In this document: in pieces, positions 10,872 through 20,065 of the stretch
Layout: each line of letters opens with the position of its first letter
Position numbering within the stretch: the stretch's first letter is position 1
From: Deltaproteobacteria bacterium
GTDB lineage: Bacteria > Desulfobacterota_D > UBA1144 > Nemesobacterales > UBA2774
Assembly (NCBI GenBank): GCA_029262275.1
Contig: JAJCZS010000033.1
Span: 2,350 to 66,349, forward strand
Reading direction: 5' to 3'
Length of the DNA: 64,000 nt
The notes under the pieces: generated by a model
The model's input: the letters and a program-made list of their open reading frames with translations, nothing else
Told to the model about the DNA's origin: nothing
Databases searched by the model: none
Translations under genes and position numbers: made by a program

Positions 10872-11802
10872 CAACTTTATGAATAATTCTGAACAAAATA
10901 AACATAGCGATAAACGCTTTCCAATCGTAGGGTATTTATTCCTGGTAGCTACGGCTTTTTTCACGGCCCTATCCTACGCCTTTGGAAGAGCTTTGGATTT
11001 TAATTTGGACCTTGAGACTGCAACATTCTTCTGGTTCTTCAGCGCATTTATTTGCTCTATTTTCGTTACCCTAGCTGTTCCCTCTCAAAGAGCAGAGGTG
11101 AAAAAATTAAGAAGTTATCTCAAAATTTTCATATACACATCTGTTCTCACATCAATAGGCGCTGCGCTTTGGATTCTGTCGATCAGGACTATAGGAATAC
11201 CGCTTACCTCGTTTCTTATGAAAGCCCAGACACTTTTTTCTCTTTTTTTGGGAATGATCTTTCTTGGAGAAAGGCTTAACAAAGGAGAAAGCGTTGGGAT
11301 TGTAATAACAATCATTGGAGGAGTGATTGTAGCTTATCAAAGAGAATTTGGGCTCCTTGTTGGGACAATAACCGCTCTGGGTGCAGCTTTCTTCTATTCC
11401 TGTATAGCATTTATTGTTAAAAAAGTTGCTCAGGATTTAAACATGCTCATGGTAGCCAACTTGAGGGCTTTGGGAGTTTCCATTGTTATGATCATATTTC
11501 TAGTCATAACTGGAACCTTTGAGATGCCATCAAGTATTCTGGATATTGTCTTTATGGCATTTGGAGGAATTACGGGGGCATATATAGCCAAGGCCAGTCA
11601 GTTCCAAGCAATTAAACTTATCGATGTATCACGCACCACAGCTGTGATGCCTCTGGAATCTCTTTTCGTAGTTCTACTCTCATATTTTATATTTCAAGAA
11701 ATCCCTTCTGTCATAAAACTTTTAGGTGGAGGATTGATTATTACAGGCGTGGTATTTCTTGTGATATTTAGAGGGAAAAAACCAGATGTGATGGATAAAT
11801 AA
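10843..11802 (+). CDS. EamA/DMT-superfamily transporter
   Basis: 319 aa, ~10 TM helices in two EamA-like repeats. Overlaps the upstream gene by 29 bp. Confidence 0.65.
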   Translation: MPGGGEGVHNNFMNNSEQNKHSDKRFPIVGYLFLVATAFFTALSYAFGRALDFNLDLETATFFWFFSAFICSIFVTLAVPSQRAEVKKLRSYLKIFIYTSVLTSIGAALWILSIRTIGIPLTSFLMKAQTLFSLFLGMIFLGERLNKGESVGIVITIIGGVIVAYQREFGLLVGTITALGAAFFYSCIAFIVKKVAQDLNMLMVANLRALGVSIVMIIFLVITGTFEMPSSILDIVFMAFGGITGAYIAKASQFQAIKLIDVSRTTAVMPLESLFVVLLSYFIFQEIPSVIKLLGGGLIITGVVFLVIFRGKKPDVMDK

Positions 11803-11805
11803 AGA

Positions 11806-12426
11806 TTATAATATGAGCAGGCTTAGGAATGCATATCCGCTACATGCAAGTATGAAAAGCCCAGTGATTTTGTTGACTAAGAAAACACCCCTTTCTCCCA
11901 TTTTATTTCTATAGTTAGACAAGACATGGCAAGTAATAATCCAGAGAAACATTGCGCCGGAGAATACGCCAAGAACAAGTAAAGCAGTGGAGGGATAACT
12001 TGCTGTGGGATTAACGATTCCTAAAATAGCAAACACTGCTATCACCGATAGAATAACTAAAGGGTTTGAAAGGGTTAACAACAAAGCTGATCCAAATGCG
12101 CCGAAGTGATTTACTTCATTTTCCTGTCCAGAGCAATCTCTTGGTTCAGAAAGATATACCCTGAACCCAAAATAGAGAAGTATAACGCCGCCTACAATCT
12201 TAATCCAAGCCTCTTTTTCATCTAAGAATGCTGTAATAAATGTGAGACCAAATGCTGCAAGAATAGCAAAAATGGAATCTCCAACAGCTGCACCAAACCC
12301 TGATATAATTCCAGAGAACCGTCCGTTGTTCATCGTTCGCTGAACACAAAGTGCTCCTACTGGACCTATGGGGGCAGAGATGATTAATCCAACTAAGAAA
12401 CCTTTAAAGAATAACGATATGTCCAT
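11806..12426 (-). CDS. LysE/RhtB family amino-acid exporter
   Basis: 206 aa. N-terminal LGLIISAPIGPVGALCVQR motif typical of the LysE family. 6 TM helices. Confidence 0.75.
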   Translation of the reverse strand: MDISLFFKGFLVGLIISAPIGPVGALCVQRTMNNGRFSGIISGFGAAVGDSIFAILAAFGLTFITAFLDEKEAWIKIVGGVILLYFGFRVYLSEPRDCSGQENEVNHFGAFGSALLLTLSNPLVILSVIAVFAILGIVNPTASYPSTALLVLGVFSGAMFLWIITCHVLSNYRNKMGERGVFLVNKITGLFILACSGYAFLSLLIL

Positions 12427-12456
12427 GATGATTGTTTGAATGTTTACCTGTGAGAG

Positions 12457-12747
12457 TCAGTCCTCTTCTACACCTTCGCCAAATCCGCTTTCTATAAGCT
12501 CTTGGATTCCCTTAAGGGCTTTCTCAGCGTCACTACCTCTAGTGACAACCTGAAGCTCACTCCCTTTTATGGCAGCCAGTGAGAGTACTCCTAATATGCT
12601 TTTCCCGTTGACCTTGTATCCGTCCTTAATAAGTTTCACATCACTTTGGTACTTTGAGGAGGTTCTGACAAATACAGCAGCGGCTCTGGCATGGAGGCCT
12701 AATTTGTTTCTGATTTTTAAAACTTTACTGTGATCTTTATCCGGCAT
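12457..12747 (-). CDS. HPr-family phosphocarrier protein
   Basis: 96 aa. GLHARAAAVFV with His near position 20 (HPr active-site His15 context) and a regulatory-Ser region (KSILGVLSL). Confidence 0.75.
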   Translation of the reverse strand: MPDKDHSKVLKIRNKLGLHARAAAVFVRTSSKYQSDVKLIKDGYKVNGKSILGVLSLAAIKGSELQVVTRGSDAEKALKGIQELIESGFGEGVEED

Positions 12748-12841
12748 TTAATCGAATCCCCTATCTCCTTAGGAAATCTTAACTCTAACTATTTAGGAAC
12801 ATAAATATTACACTCTAAGATTTTATTATAAGTTTGAGATA

Positions 12842-13651
12842 TTATTTTTCAACTTTAGTGGTTTTATCAGGTGGTGTAAAGAGCTTTCTGTTAACTTCTT
12901 CATTCAGTTCAAGATCTTCCTCATAGAAAATAGAGATCGATAGCCCTTCTGAGGTGAAATCTATCGTTTGTGGAAAGTAGAAGCCTTCTATCAAGTTATC
13001 AAAATACTCATATTCCACCTTAGCCCTTGTGCCTTGTACGAGGCTAAACTCGGCTCTCTCTACTCTGAAATTTTGGCTATTTACCCACAGATAATCTGGA
13101 GAGTTAGAATTTGAAGAAGCAAAAGTTAACTTTATGAGTCCCCCTTCTGCACTTACTTTTGGACTGGATTTCATATCGTAGGTATTTTCAGGAAGTCGTC
13201 CTAAAATAAGATTCACCAGATTGTTTGCAGTGATTTTTAGGTTTAGTCCTGGATAGACATATGCTAGGTTGAATTCAGTATTAGAATCATAAATAGCCCT
13301 CTCAGATTGAGAGATAATATAAATATTATTACCATCAGAAGATATAAAGCCAACAGTTTTTCCAAAAGGATTTAGAGCTTCGAGTCTTAATAGATCTGGT
13401 CTTTTTGCAATAGTAACCTGGGTGTAGGAAATCTTGCTGTCGGGAGTTTTGATTTTTACTTTTGCAAGCCCTTTGAGCGACTTGATGGCATTCTCAAATA
13501 GAGAGACTCTCTCTAGAATTGCGGCAGTATTTTGACTCTCAATATCTGACACCTCTTTTTTTGGGGTGCATGAAAATAAGGGCAGTATAAGAATTATAAA
13601 AATTAGAGGTTTTAATAGTCGATTATTATTCACTTTAGCTTTGAGTACCAA
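12842..13651 (-). CDS. Lipoprotein, LolA-like/DUF4292-like (hypothetical)
   Basis: Signal peptide with lipobox LFSC. 269 aa. Overlaps the upstream TPR gene by 17 bp. Family assignment is tentative. Confidence 0.5.
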   Translation of the reverse strand: MVLKAKVNNNRLLKPLIFIILILPLFSCTPKKEVSDIESQNTAAILERVSLFENAIKSLKGLAKVKIKTPDSKISYTQVTIAKRPDLLRLEALNPFGKTVGFISSDGNNIYIISQSERAIYDSNTEFNLAYVYPGLNLKITANNLVNLILGRLPENTYDMKSSPKVSAEGGLIKLTFASSNSNSPDYLWVNSQNFRVERAEFSLVQGTRAKVEYEYFDNLIEGFYFPQTIDFTSEGLSISIFYEEDLELNEEVNRKLFTPPDKTTKVEK

Positions 13652-15431
13652 CCTTTTTTCTTAAATCATTTGTTTTTTTATAGAGACTTTCTTTTAACTT
13701 AGGCTCAACATTATCGGGATCTCGTTCCATTAGCACCACACCCCTTTCATAGTACTCAAGGGCTTTTTTTAAATCTCCTTTTTTAAAATATACATCCCCT
13801 AAATGATCCATTATTGCTGGATCATCGGGTTGAAGTGCAGCAGCTCTGTTTAGAAACTCTAGAGCCTTGTCATATTGTCCCCTTTGATAATAAACCCAGC
13901 CTAAGCTATCTAAAATATAGCCTTTATTAGGCGAAATCTCGAGAGCTCTTGTAATTAAAGCTTGTGCTTCATCAAGATTCTCACCCTTCTCAGCATATGT
14001 ATATCCAACAAAATTCAGCGCATCAGCATTGTTAGGATCTACTTGTATAAGTCTTTTCATAATATCAATAGATTCGTATGTTTGATCGTTTAGGTAGTAA
14101 ACCACACCTAGTGAATAGAGAATTGTTTTACTTTTGGGATTGGCTTCCAAAAATGTATTGTAGAGAGAGACTGTATCTTGTACTCTGTCGAGATTTCTAT
14201 AAACTCTGCCAAGGTAATTTACTACAATTTCGTTATTAGGATCGTTTTTATATGCCTGCTCCATAAGCTTAAGCGATCCATCCATATCACCTTTCTTCTC
14301 AAGTATAAAAGCTTTCTGAACACGACTCTCGTTATAGAACTCCCCATCAACACCAATTGAATCTAGCAGATTTAGCGCCTCTGGGTAGTTGCCGATCTCT
14401 ATATAGGATAATGCCAGATAATATTTAGCCTTTTCATCATTAGGGTTTCCTAGCAATATGAGCTGAAATTCTTCTATAGCTTTTTCAAACTGCTTGTCTT
14501 CAATATATAGAAGACCGAGTCTTAGCTTTAAATCAGGATTTTGGAAATCTAGACTTTCAGCTTTTTCAAACTGCTGTTTTGCATCTTCTTTCCTATTTAA
14601 CCTAAAGAGGAAATTGCCATATCTTACATATGTATCCAAGGTATTTGGATAAAGAGTTATAATAGATTTATATATATTCTCAGATTCTTGATATCTCCCC
14701 TGTCTCTCGTATACAAGGGCAAGCTCTATCAATGCTGAAACAAAGTTTGGGTTTAGTTTTAGGGACTCGTTATATAGCTCTTCCGCTTTAGCATAATCCC
14801 CTTTTTCATAATAGAGTCTGGCTAAAAAGAAAAAGCCTCTTTCGTTCTCAGGGTAAAGCTCTGTAATTTTTTTAAAATGCTTCTCTGCAGCCCCATAATT
14901 GCCTGCCTCAGTTTCTATAATTCCTAAAAATAATAGTGATTCGGCATCTCCAGGATTTAGCTCAACAGCCCGTTTAAGCACTATTACAGATTTTTTCTTG
15001 TGTTCAGGATCTTGTGAAGACGCATATATCTTTCCAAGCAATGTAAAGGAGGGGCCGAAATCAGGGTTTAATTCAATAGACTTCTCCAACTTATCTAGTG
15101 CCTCGTTTACCTTTCCTGCTGAAATATACATCAACGCTAGATTGTATTTTATATATGCCGAATCCGGATCATAACTCTCTGCTATCTCAAGTTCCGAAAT
15201 TGATCCAGCAAAGTTTTTGTTGAGCAAATGAAGCCTTGAAACACTAAAATGATAGTATGCCTTGTCCTTAGGCTCCAGATCGTTCTCTGTAAACGTATCC
15301 GCCTCTATATCAGTAGATGGGTTCTTTGGTCCACATGCTGATAGGGCAAATAACATCATGCCTATAAGCACAAAGAATATAAAATTAAATTTTTTAGCTC
15401 TGGTTATTTTAGGACGCATCAATAATCTCAA
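13635..15431 (-). CDS. TPR-repeat protein (secreted/lipoprotein)
   Basis: 598 aa. N-terminal signal peptide and lipobox-like LSAC, then more than 12 tetratricopeptide repeats (recurrent A..Y..LG/A..Y...G.Y..A pattern). Confidence 0.8.
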   Translation of the reverse strand: MRLLMRPKITRAKKFNFIFFVLIGMMLFALSACGPKNPSTDIEADTFTENDLEPKDKAYYHFSVSRLHLLNKNFAGSISELEIAESYDPDSAYIKYNLALMYISAGKVNEALDKLEKSIELNPDFGPSFTLLGKIYASSQDPEHKKKSVIVLKRAVELNPGDAESLLFLGIIETEAGNYGAAEKHFKKITELYPENERGFFFLARLYYEKGDYAKAEELYNESLKLNPNFVSALIELALVYERQGRYQESENIYKSIITLYPNTLDTYVRYGNFLFRLNRKEDAKQQFEKAESLDFQNPDLKLRLGLLYIEDKQFEKAIEEFQLILLGNPNDEKAKYYLALSYIEIGNYPEALNLLDSIGVDGEFYNESRVQKAFILEKKGDMDGSLKLMEQAYKNDPNNEIVVNYLGRVYRNLDRVQDTVSLYNTFLEANPKSKTILYSLGVVYYLNDQTYESIDIMKRLIQVDPNNADALNFVGYTYAEKGENLDEAQALITRALEISPNKGYILDSLGWVYYQRGQYDKALEFLNRAAALQPDDPAIMDHLGDVYFKKGDLKKALEYYERGVVLMERDPDNVEPKLKESLYKKTNDLRKKVGTQS

Positions 15432-16839
15432 TATTTAGTTTACCCACTACTTTTAATATCTCTCCACTTTTTGCCAAATTACCTTCAATTAATTTTATAT
15501 GTGTAGCATCTGCTGGAAATTGCCCATAGGTTGAATCAACCGCCACCCACTCACCTAAGAACACCTCGTTCCAGGCATGGTAATAAAAACTATCTTTATA
15601 ATACATAGTCCCAAGAACTGTTTTGGTTGGTATTCCTGCAGCTCTAGACATCGCTGAGAACAAAGCCGCATGTTCATTGCAGTCACCAACTCTTGTTTTC
15701 AAAACATCTTTTGCATTTGGAAGGCTCACCGTAGGGGATTTTTTAAGATTTTTATATATCCAATTGTTAATCTTTTTAGATGCCTTAGCTGGATCCTTTT
15801 CACCATTTAAGACTTTTTTTGTTATAGCTACTATATCTTTATCATCACTTTGAATAAGAAAATCAGCCTGAGTTAGCTCCTTATACTCTGCTAAATCATA
15901 TGGCAATGCATATGAGCTTTCATACATATCGGATTTGTTAGGTCTTATTTCCACAATCTGCCCGTTAACAGTTTGTCTGTATCCATCATCTATATCAAAG
16001 TCTTTTGTATTAATGCCTTCAAGTTTTATCTTAAGATAGCTCAATTCTCTAGGATCATCAATTTTAATATTAGCAGGGATAGAAGTTTTATTAATAATAT
16101 TAAAACTTGAGTTCTTTTTGCTTAATATGTTTTTTTTGGATTCCCTTTTTGCAATAAGCCCAGGGGGAAATTCCTGCTTTATAACTTCACCTCTCTTAGT
16201 TATCCAAGAGGTTGACCTGGATCCCTGGAAGTCTGAAAAAACTTTGTATGTGTCAAATTTTCCCAGTGCAATCTCTATTAGTTCTTCCCCTTCAATGGTG
16301 TTTGTGGATACTGGATCATCCATTCCCATGAGTATAGATAGAGGTTCAAACAAAGGAATATCAAACTTCTCTCCATTGGTAAGTTTATTTTCAGTCAACA
16401 ATTTTGGGATAAGAGTGGGCAGAATGAGTTCTTTTTTTATAGGAAGGCTGCGCTCCGTTTTGCCTGAGACTGTGTCTAGAGTGATTACGAGATTATCGGC
16501 CTTCCTTTTTCCAAAGGCTTGTAAGTTAATAGAATCAGATCTCATTTCATATTCGAAAGATAGAATTTTGTATCCCTCAAGCATGTATGATCCTTCAGTA
16601 TAGACTTCGGTGTCTTTCCCAAGAAGATTAATTTTCAGGTTTGTAAATTCTTTTACTTCTGTAAATTCACCAGATTTTATTATGGAATTATACGAATACC
16701 CAACTCTCTTATCATCAGAATATATACCCATCCATGATTCTTGCTTAGTGCCGTTTTGTACTAGGGGTTCTGATACAGAGAAGTTAAGTGGCAGAACGAA
16801 TAGAATGGTAAGAACTAATAGCGTCTTAAATACCCTCAT
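15409..16839 (-). CDS. Transglutaminase-like domain protein (secreted)
   Basis: 476 aa with signal peptide. C-terminal core GDCNEHAALF...HAWNEV...D carries the Cys-His-Asp transglutaminase-like triad signature. Confidence 0.75.
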   Translation of the reverse strand: MRVFKTLLVLTILFVLPLNFSVSEPLVQNGTKQESWMGIYSDDKRVGYSYNSIIKSGEFTEVKEFTNLKINLLGKDTEVYTEGSYMLEGYKILSFEYEMRSDSINLQAFGKRKADNLVITLDTVSGKTERSLPIKKELILPTLIPKLLTENKLTNGEKFDIPLFEPLSILMGMDDPVSTNTIEGEELIEIALGKFDTYKVFSDFQGSRSTSWITKRGEVIKQEFPPGLIAKRESKKNILSKKNSSFNIINKTSIPANIKIDDPRELSYLKIKLEGINTKDFDIDDGYRQTVNGQIVEIRPNKSDMYESSYALPYDLAEYKELTQADFLIQSDDKDIVAITKKVLNGEKDPAKASKKINNWIYKNLKKSPTVSLPNAKDVLKTRVGDCNEHAALFSAMSRAAGIPTKTVLGTMYYKDSFYYHAWNEVFLGEWVAVDSTYGQFPADATHIKLIEGNLAKSGEILKVVGKLNIEIIDAS

Positions 16840-17013
16840 GCATGAATAATCTACATCTGTTTCATTTCACACTCAAGCTAAATCTTAATCTGACCTCTTT
16901 TGGCACCATATAACACCTAATACCAAAAGAAGATGGTACTTTTGTTAAATACAGGTAGTTTTAATAGTGAATTTGATTGACACATATTAGCTTGCGAGGT
17001 TTAATAAAAAATC

Positions 17014-18090
17014 ATGAGTGTAGAAGAAATATATGGGAAAGTGTTAGGTTCTGAGCGAATTACTTCTGAGGAAGCTTTAGCTCTTCTAAAAGATGCAGAT
17101 ACTATAAAAATGGGAGCATTGGCTGATTCTGTGAGAAGAAAATTTCATCCAGACGGAACAGTTACATTCGTTGCCGATACGAACCCTAATTACACAAATG
17201 TATGCGATACAGAATGTCTCTTTTGTGCATTTTGGAGACCACCTAATGCATCAGATGCATATACTCTAAGCGTTGATAAAGTAATAGATGTTATGCGCAC
17301 CTCGTACCACAACGGTGCTACTACCGTATTACTTCAAGGCGGCCATAATCCTGAGATAGATTTAGATTACTATCTGGAAATTGTAAGAAGAACCAAAGTG
17401 GAGATTCCTGATCTTCATCTTCATGCATTTTCTGCCCCGGAAGTAAGCGCAATTGCAAAATATACAGGAATTAGCACTCAAGATGTACTACAACAGCTTT
17501 GGGATGCAGGGCTTAGAACCATACCGGGAGGCGGAGCCGAGGTTCTTTCAAACAGTGTTCGAAAAAAAATCAGCCCTCTTAAGATAAATGCTGATGAATG
17601 GATGAAAGTGACTAGAGAGGCCCATCTTATAGGGTTTAAAACCACTGCTACCATGATGTTTGGACATTTTGAAGAAGACGAACACATAATTGAACATCTC
17701 GATAGAATAAGAGAGCTACAGGATGAAACCGGCAATTTTCTTGCATTTATTCCATGGACATTTAAACCTAAAAACACTTTTTTAGAGCGAAAGTTATCGA
17801 CCGAGGTTGGAGGGGATAGATATTTGCGCGTACTTGCGCTATCAAGGATTTATCTAGATAACTTCAAACACATACAGGGCTCCTGGTTCACTCAAGGGAA
17901 CAAAGTCGGCACAATTTCTATGTACTATGGGGCAAGTGACCTTGGTGGTACATTGTTTGATGAAAACGTGCTCACTTGTGCAGAGAACAAATATCGCTCA
18001 AGTCTAGAGGAACTTGTTCAGATGATTAAATCCGCAGGGTTTAAGCCAGCTCAAAGAAATACTTATTATGAAGTACTGAACCGTTTTTAG
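17014..18090 (+). CDS. Radical SAM enzyme of the MqnE/MqnC (futalosine pathway)/CofH-like family
   Basis: CX3CX2C motif (CDTECLFC) preceded by the YTNVC context typical of the MqnC/MqnE/CofG-H clade. 358 aa TIM-barrel-sized protein. Confidence 0.7.
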   Translation: MSVEEIYGKVLGSERITSEEALALLKDADTIKMGALADSVRRKFHPDGTVTFVADTNPNYTNVCDTECLFCAFWRPPNASDAYTLSVDKVIDVMRTSYHNGATTVLLQGGHNPEIDLDYYLEIVRRTKVEIPDLHLHAFSAPEVSAIAKYTGISTQDVLQQLWDAGLRTIPGGGAEVLSNSVRKKISPLKINADEWMKVTREAHLIGFKTTATMMFGHFEEDEHIIEHLDRIRELQDETGNFLAFIPWTFKPKNTFLERKLSTEVGGDRYLRVLALSRIYLDNFKHIQGSWFTQGNKVGTISMYYGASDLGGTLFDENVLTCAENKYRSSLEELVQMIKSAGFKPAQRNTYYEVLNRF

Positions 18091-18101
18091 AAATCTGGTT
18101 A

Positions 18102-18494
18102 TTACTTATCCAATTCTTTAAAACTTAGAATTTTCACTCTCCAAGAATTTCCACTGAAATCCAAAAGACATTCCAAGCTCGAGAAATACATCAAAATAAA
18201 GTCGAAGAACTCATAAGCAGAGCTTGTGTAGATAGTGGACTTAGTAAAATCTAGAATATTAATTGAATTAAGCGATTGGTACTCTGATGACGAGAGCTCA
18301 AAGTCTATCCCGCCCTCCTCTATTTCAGCTTCATTACTATTTTGCTGAATATTTATATTGCCCTGTGTATCATGAGTTGATATGGAAAAACATAGAGGCA
18401 TTTTCTCCTCATCTATAAGTCGGGAGGCTAGAAATTCATCTAGCTCTGATAAATGCACTGTATTTTGGTCACCAATTTTTTCACTCATCAACAA
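18102..18494 (-). CDS. Hypothetical acidic protein (130 aa)
   Basis: ORF 48 bp downstream of the Trp-rich protein gene and co-directional with it. Strongly acidic composition. No recognisable family. Confidence 0.4.
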   Translation of the reverse strand: MLMSEKIGDQNTVHLSELDEFLASRLIDEEKMPLCFSISTHDTQGNINIQQNSNEAEIEEGGIDFELSSSEYQSLNSINILDFTKSTIYTSSAYEFFDFILMYFSSLECLLDFSGNSWRVKILSFKELDK

Positions 18495-18542
18495 GATATG
18501 ATATCCGAGCCCTTAGTTAAATAAAGGCCCGGATATTTAGAA

Positions 18543-19931
18543 TTAGTGTTTAGAGAATCTGTTTCTTTGTGAAGTTGGTATGTTTCTGGTTTTTGCTTTA
18601 TATGAATTTGTTTGTGGAATCTGGTTCCTATTAGTAAAAGATTTATTGTGGGTATTTGAATAACTTTTTTTGTTAGACTTTTTTGTTGATTGATATTTTG
18701 AACTTTTTGCTGGCTTACTCTTTTGTTTATATTGGGACTTGTTGTATTTTTGAGAGTTCTTCTGTCTAGTAGTATAGGTATTTTTAGGCTCTTGCTTGTT
18801 AATGTTTCCCTTTATATTCTGAGTTCCTAATTTAGTGGAATTCTTATAGCTCCTTTGTTGCTTGTTTGTATAACCATATTTGTTGTACTCACTTTTTTGT
18901 TGATCTAATCCCTTTTTGTCACCTCCTCTATAATTTTGAGCTGCATTTGAGGAATTTAGCTTTTTGTTCGGAACATTAGGAGAATACTTGTTAGGACCAT
19001 TATATCTTGAGCCATTTTTGATGTCTGAACCTCTGTTTGTTGTAAATGGGTCTTTACTGACTCTATCTACTTTGGGCCTATATCCACTATATGATTTACC
19101 CTTTACATGGTTGATGTTCTGCTTGCCTCTTAGCTCTATTGCGTGATTGCGGTCTATTTTATGTCGAACAAGCTTTCTATTAGAACGTTTTTCAATTGCA
19201 TATTTGTTTGGTCCGTAGTTATAAACTTTGTTATTCACGCGTTTGATATTAGTAACTTGTCTTGTATTTCGAATATCTCTTGCGTACTTAGGAGGCACCA
19301 CTTCGCTTGCTACGTGCTTGTGATCGCCAAATTTATGATAAGGCATATAGACAGAATGTTTTGCAGGGGGCTTATAGTGGTGAGGATTATGATAATAGTC
19401 GTGGTAATAACGATGCTTTTTATGATGATGCTTATAGCGGTAAGGCTTGTAGTAGGATTTATATGAGTTGAAAACAAATCCGATCTCAATAAAGAATCCT
19501 CTATCAGGAGGTAAAGGGGACCAGCCTATGTACTCAGGACTCTCTTGCCAGCTTACCCATGCCGGTGCCCAAGTAGTGCCTGGGATCCAAATCCACCCAG
19601 AGTATTCATCATAGACCCATCTTCCGTAATGATATGTTGCCCATCCCCACGGCTCGTATGATATCCATAGCCATCCCTGATCTGACCACTCCCATCTTCC
19701 ATCTGTATAGGGTTTCCACTGAGGGCCAACATCGTAGGGCTGCCATATATAGCCAAATTCTGGATGTGGTGACCAGTCACCGTGTGGGGAGAGTTTCTCG
19801 TAAAACAAATCAATACTTACTCCAGTCTGGGCCTGAGCACGGTGTTCTATAACTACACCAAATAAAATTGTAAAAATTATTCCTATTGCAGCTATTTTCA
19901 ATCTCATTGCTTCTCTCCTTATCATGCTCAC
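18543..19931 (-). CDS. Secreted protein with Trp-rich repeat domain, His/Tyr-rich segment and Lys/Asn/Ser-rich low-complexity tail
   Basis: 462 aa with signal peptide. Residues ~45-145 carry ten or more Trp in G-(Y/W)-x-W-x-P-like repeats. A HHHKKHRYYHDYYHNPHHYK segment follows, then ~250 aa of K/N/S/Y/Q-rich low complexity. Confidence 0.6.
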   Translation of the reverse strand: MSMIRREAMRLKIAAIGIIFTILFGVVIEHRAQAQTGVSIDLFYEKLSPHGDWSPHPEFGYIWQPYDVGPQWKPYTDGRWEWSDQGWLWISYEPWGWATYHYGRWVYDEYSGWIWIPGTTWAPAWVSWQESPEYIGWSPLPPDRGFFIEIGFVFNSYKSYYKPYRYKHHHKKHRYYHDYYHNPHHYKPPAKHSVYMPYHKFGDHKHVASEVVPPKYARDIRNTRQVTNIKRVNNKVYNYGPNKYAIEKRSNRKLVRHKIDRNHAIELRGKQNINHVKGKSYSGYRPKVDRVSKDPFTTNRGSDIKNGSRYNGPNKYSPNVPNKKLNSSNAAQNYRGGDKKGLDQQKSEYNKYGYTNKQQRSYKNSTKLGTQNIKGNINKQEPKNTYTTRQKNSQKYNKSQYKQKSKPAKSSKYQSTKKSNKKSYSNTHNKSFTNRNQIPQTNSYKAKTRNIPTSQRNRFSKH

Positions 19932-20065
19932 AGAGGAATATTTTTTGTCTGACCTGTGAGGGAACCTTTACAGTATTAAACTGGTGTTAAGGCAATATGG
20001 TTTCATTAATTTTTGATGGGTATCTTCTTTTCAGAAGATTTTTGGAGAGTGGGGATAAATTTTAT

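Noticed and set aside
16118-16603. 161-aa plus-strand ORF antisense to the transglutaminase-like gene. Similar antisense ORFs occur in clpB, proS, glgA, sufS, ccmF, carbamoyltransferase and the MFS gene.
   Set aside because: All lie inside longer, motif-supported CDSs on the other strand.
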